Below, in pieces: positions 63,174 to 64,000 of a DNA stretch of 64,000 nt. The notes under the pieces are model-generated. The model did not search any database and was not told the origin of the DNA. It saw only the letters and a list, made by a program, of their open reading frames with translations. The DNA lies in the NCBI GenBank assembly GCA_965203095.1, contig OZ241877.1:256001-320000 (forward strand), in the 5' to 3' direction. Numbering within the stretch: the first letter of the stretch is position 1; the number at the start of each line of letters is the position of its first letter. This DNA comes from Bdellovibrionales bacterium. Its GTDB lineage: Bacteria > Bdellovibrionota > Bdellovibrionia > Bdellovibrionales > UBA1609. Position numbers and translations under genes: made by a program.

Positions 63174-63866
63174 CTAATTTGTCTTTTCATGGGCTGAGAT
63201 AGAAAGCTGTATTTTTTTTAATTCCTGAACCATGTTTTGGGATCTTATCAAACTTCGCCCCATGACCAAAGCGGAGCTTTTTTCTTGAAAAGCCTGCTTG
63301 GGAGTCATAAATCTTTTTTGATCGTCAGGGCTATCGCCCTTAAGACGGATTCCGGGAGTCACTAAAAACATATCCGGGTATTTTTGTCTTAATATGCTGG
63401 CCTCCCAAGGAGAGCATATCAAACCTCTTAAGCCCCTTTGATAAACTTGATGGGCTAAATTTAAAGTTTGTTTCCGGCTCTCTTCAAAATCCTCATTACT
63501 GGAGAGAGCAGTCACAAAAAGGATTTGAAAAAATCTTTCCTGCTGAATGTCTTTTTCCAATGAAGATAAAAGATCCAAAGTTTTTTCCCCCACCTGGGCA
63601 TGCACTGTTACAAAATCCGCACCTGTTTGAAAGCTGGATCGAACGGCCTCCACAGTGGAAGAGGGAATGTCATAAAACTTAAAATCCAAAAAAACTTGTG
63701 CTCCGGAAACATTTTTGATCTCCTGAATCAACTCCGGCCCATAAGGCAAAAAAAGCCGGGGGCCTATTTTATAACCTTGCACATAATCTTTTGTTTTTTG
63801 CACCCAATCTAAAGCCTCTGTTTTGCTCTTCAAATCCAAAGCAATAAATAAAGGAATCTTTTTCAT
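63174..63866 (-). CDS. pyrF: Orotidine-5'-phosphate decarboxylase
   Basis: IALD, FLDFKFYDIP.TV, VTPGIR..DDQ.R, VMGR. Confidence 0.96.
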   Translation of the reverse strand: MKKIPLFIALDLKSKTEALDWVQKTKDYVQGYKIGPRLFLPYGPELIQEIKNVSGAQVFLDFKFYDIPSSTVEAVRSSFQTGADFVTVHAQVGEKTLDLLSSLEKDIQQERFFQILFVTALSSNEDFEESRKQTLNLAHQVYQRGLRGLICSPWEASILRQKYPDMFLVTPGIRLKGDSPDDQKRFMTPKQAFQEKSSALVMGRSLIRSQNMVQELKKIQLSISAHEKTN

Positions 63867-64000
63867 AATAAATATTGTTTCCTAAAAAATAAACAGTTTA
63901 AGTAAGCTTATCAGGCATTGCTTTAAAATTCCCAAATAAAAAGTTTATAAAGTTAAGCCTTTTCCCATTCCACTTTTACCGGCTCTTTAATATGAATATC

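Overview
AT-rich bacterial chromosomal window. Gene content (FliA-type promoters, orphan CpaF, Cys-rich secreted proteins, a Lys-rich protein beside infA) suggests Bdellovibrionota; this is inference only. It holds a 23S-5S rRNA unit with its own promoter and no 16S. That 23S carries the macrolide-resistance-type substitutions G2057A, A2058G and C2611U. Housekeeping genes include pepP, gpmA, fadD, oppAB, trmB, lipA, an E2 acyltransferase, lysC, lysA, rpsN, infA, ftsH, glmM, grxD and pyrF. There is also a six-gene Ttp-type TonB operon and two secreted zinc-metalloprotease loci, one of them broken by a frameshift and an amber codon. A family of palindromic MITE/REP-like repeats shows compensatory base changes. 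A small three-way-junction RNA with two GGA loops (candidate CsrA decoy) lies upstream of rpsN. The most striking accessory locus is a roughly 4.7 kb island between grxD and pyrF. It encodes a Bub-like ubiquitination operon: a tandem-domain Ubl ending in PTPVA, an E2-like protein with Ser at the active-site position, and a JAB-E1 fusion. Facing it are a DUF2971-like gene and an HTH-fused DNA methyltransferase. All calls come from reading motifs by eye; no database searches were run.
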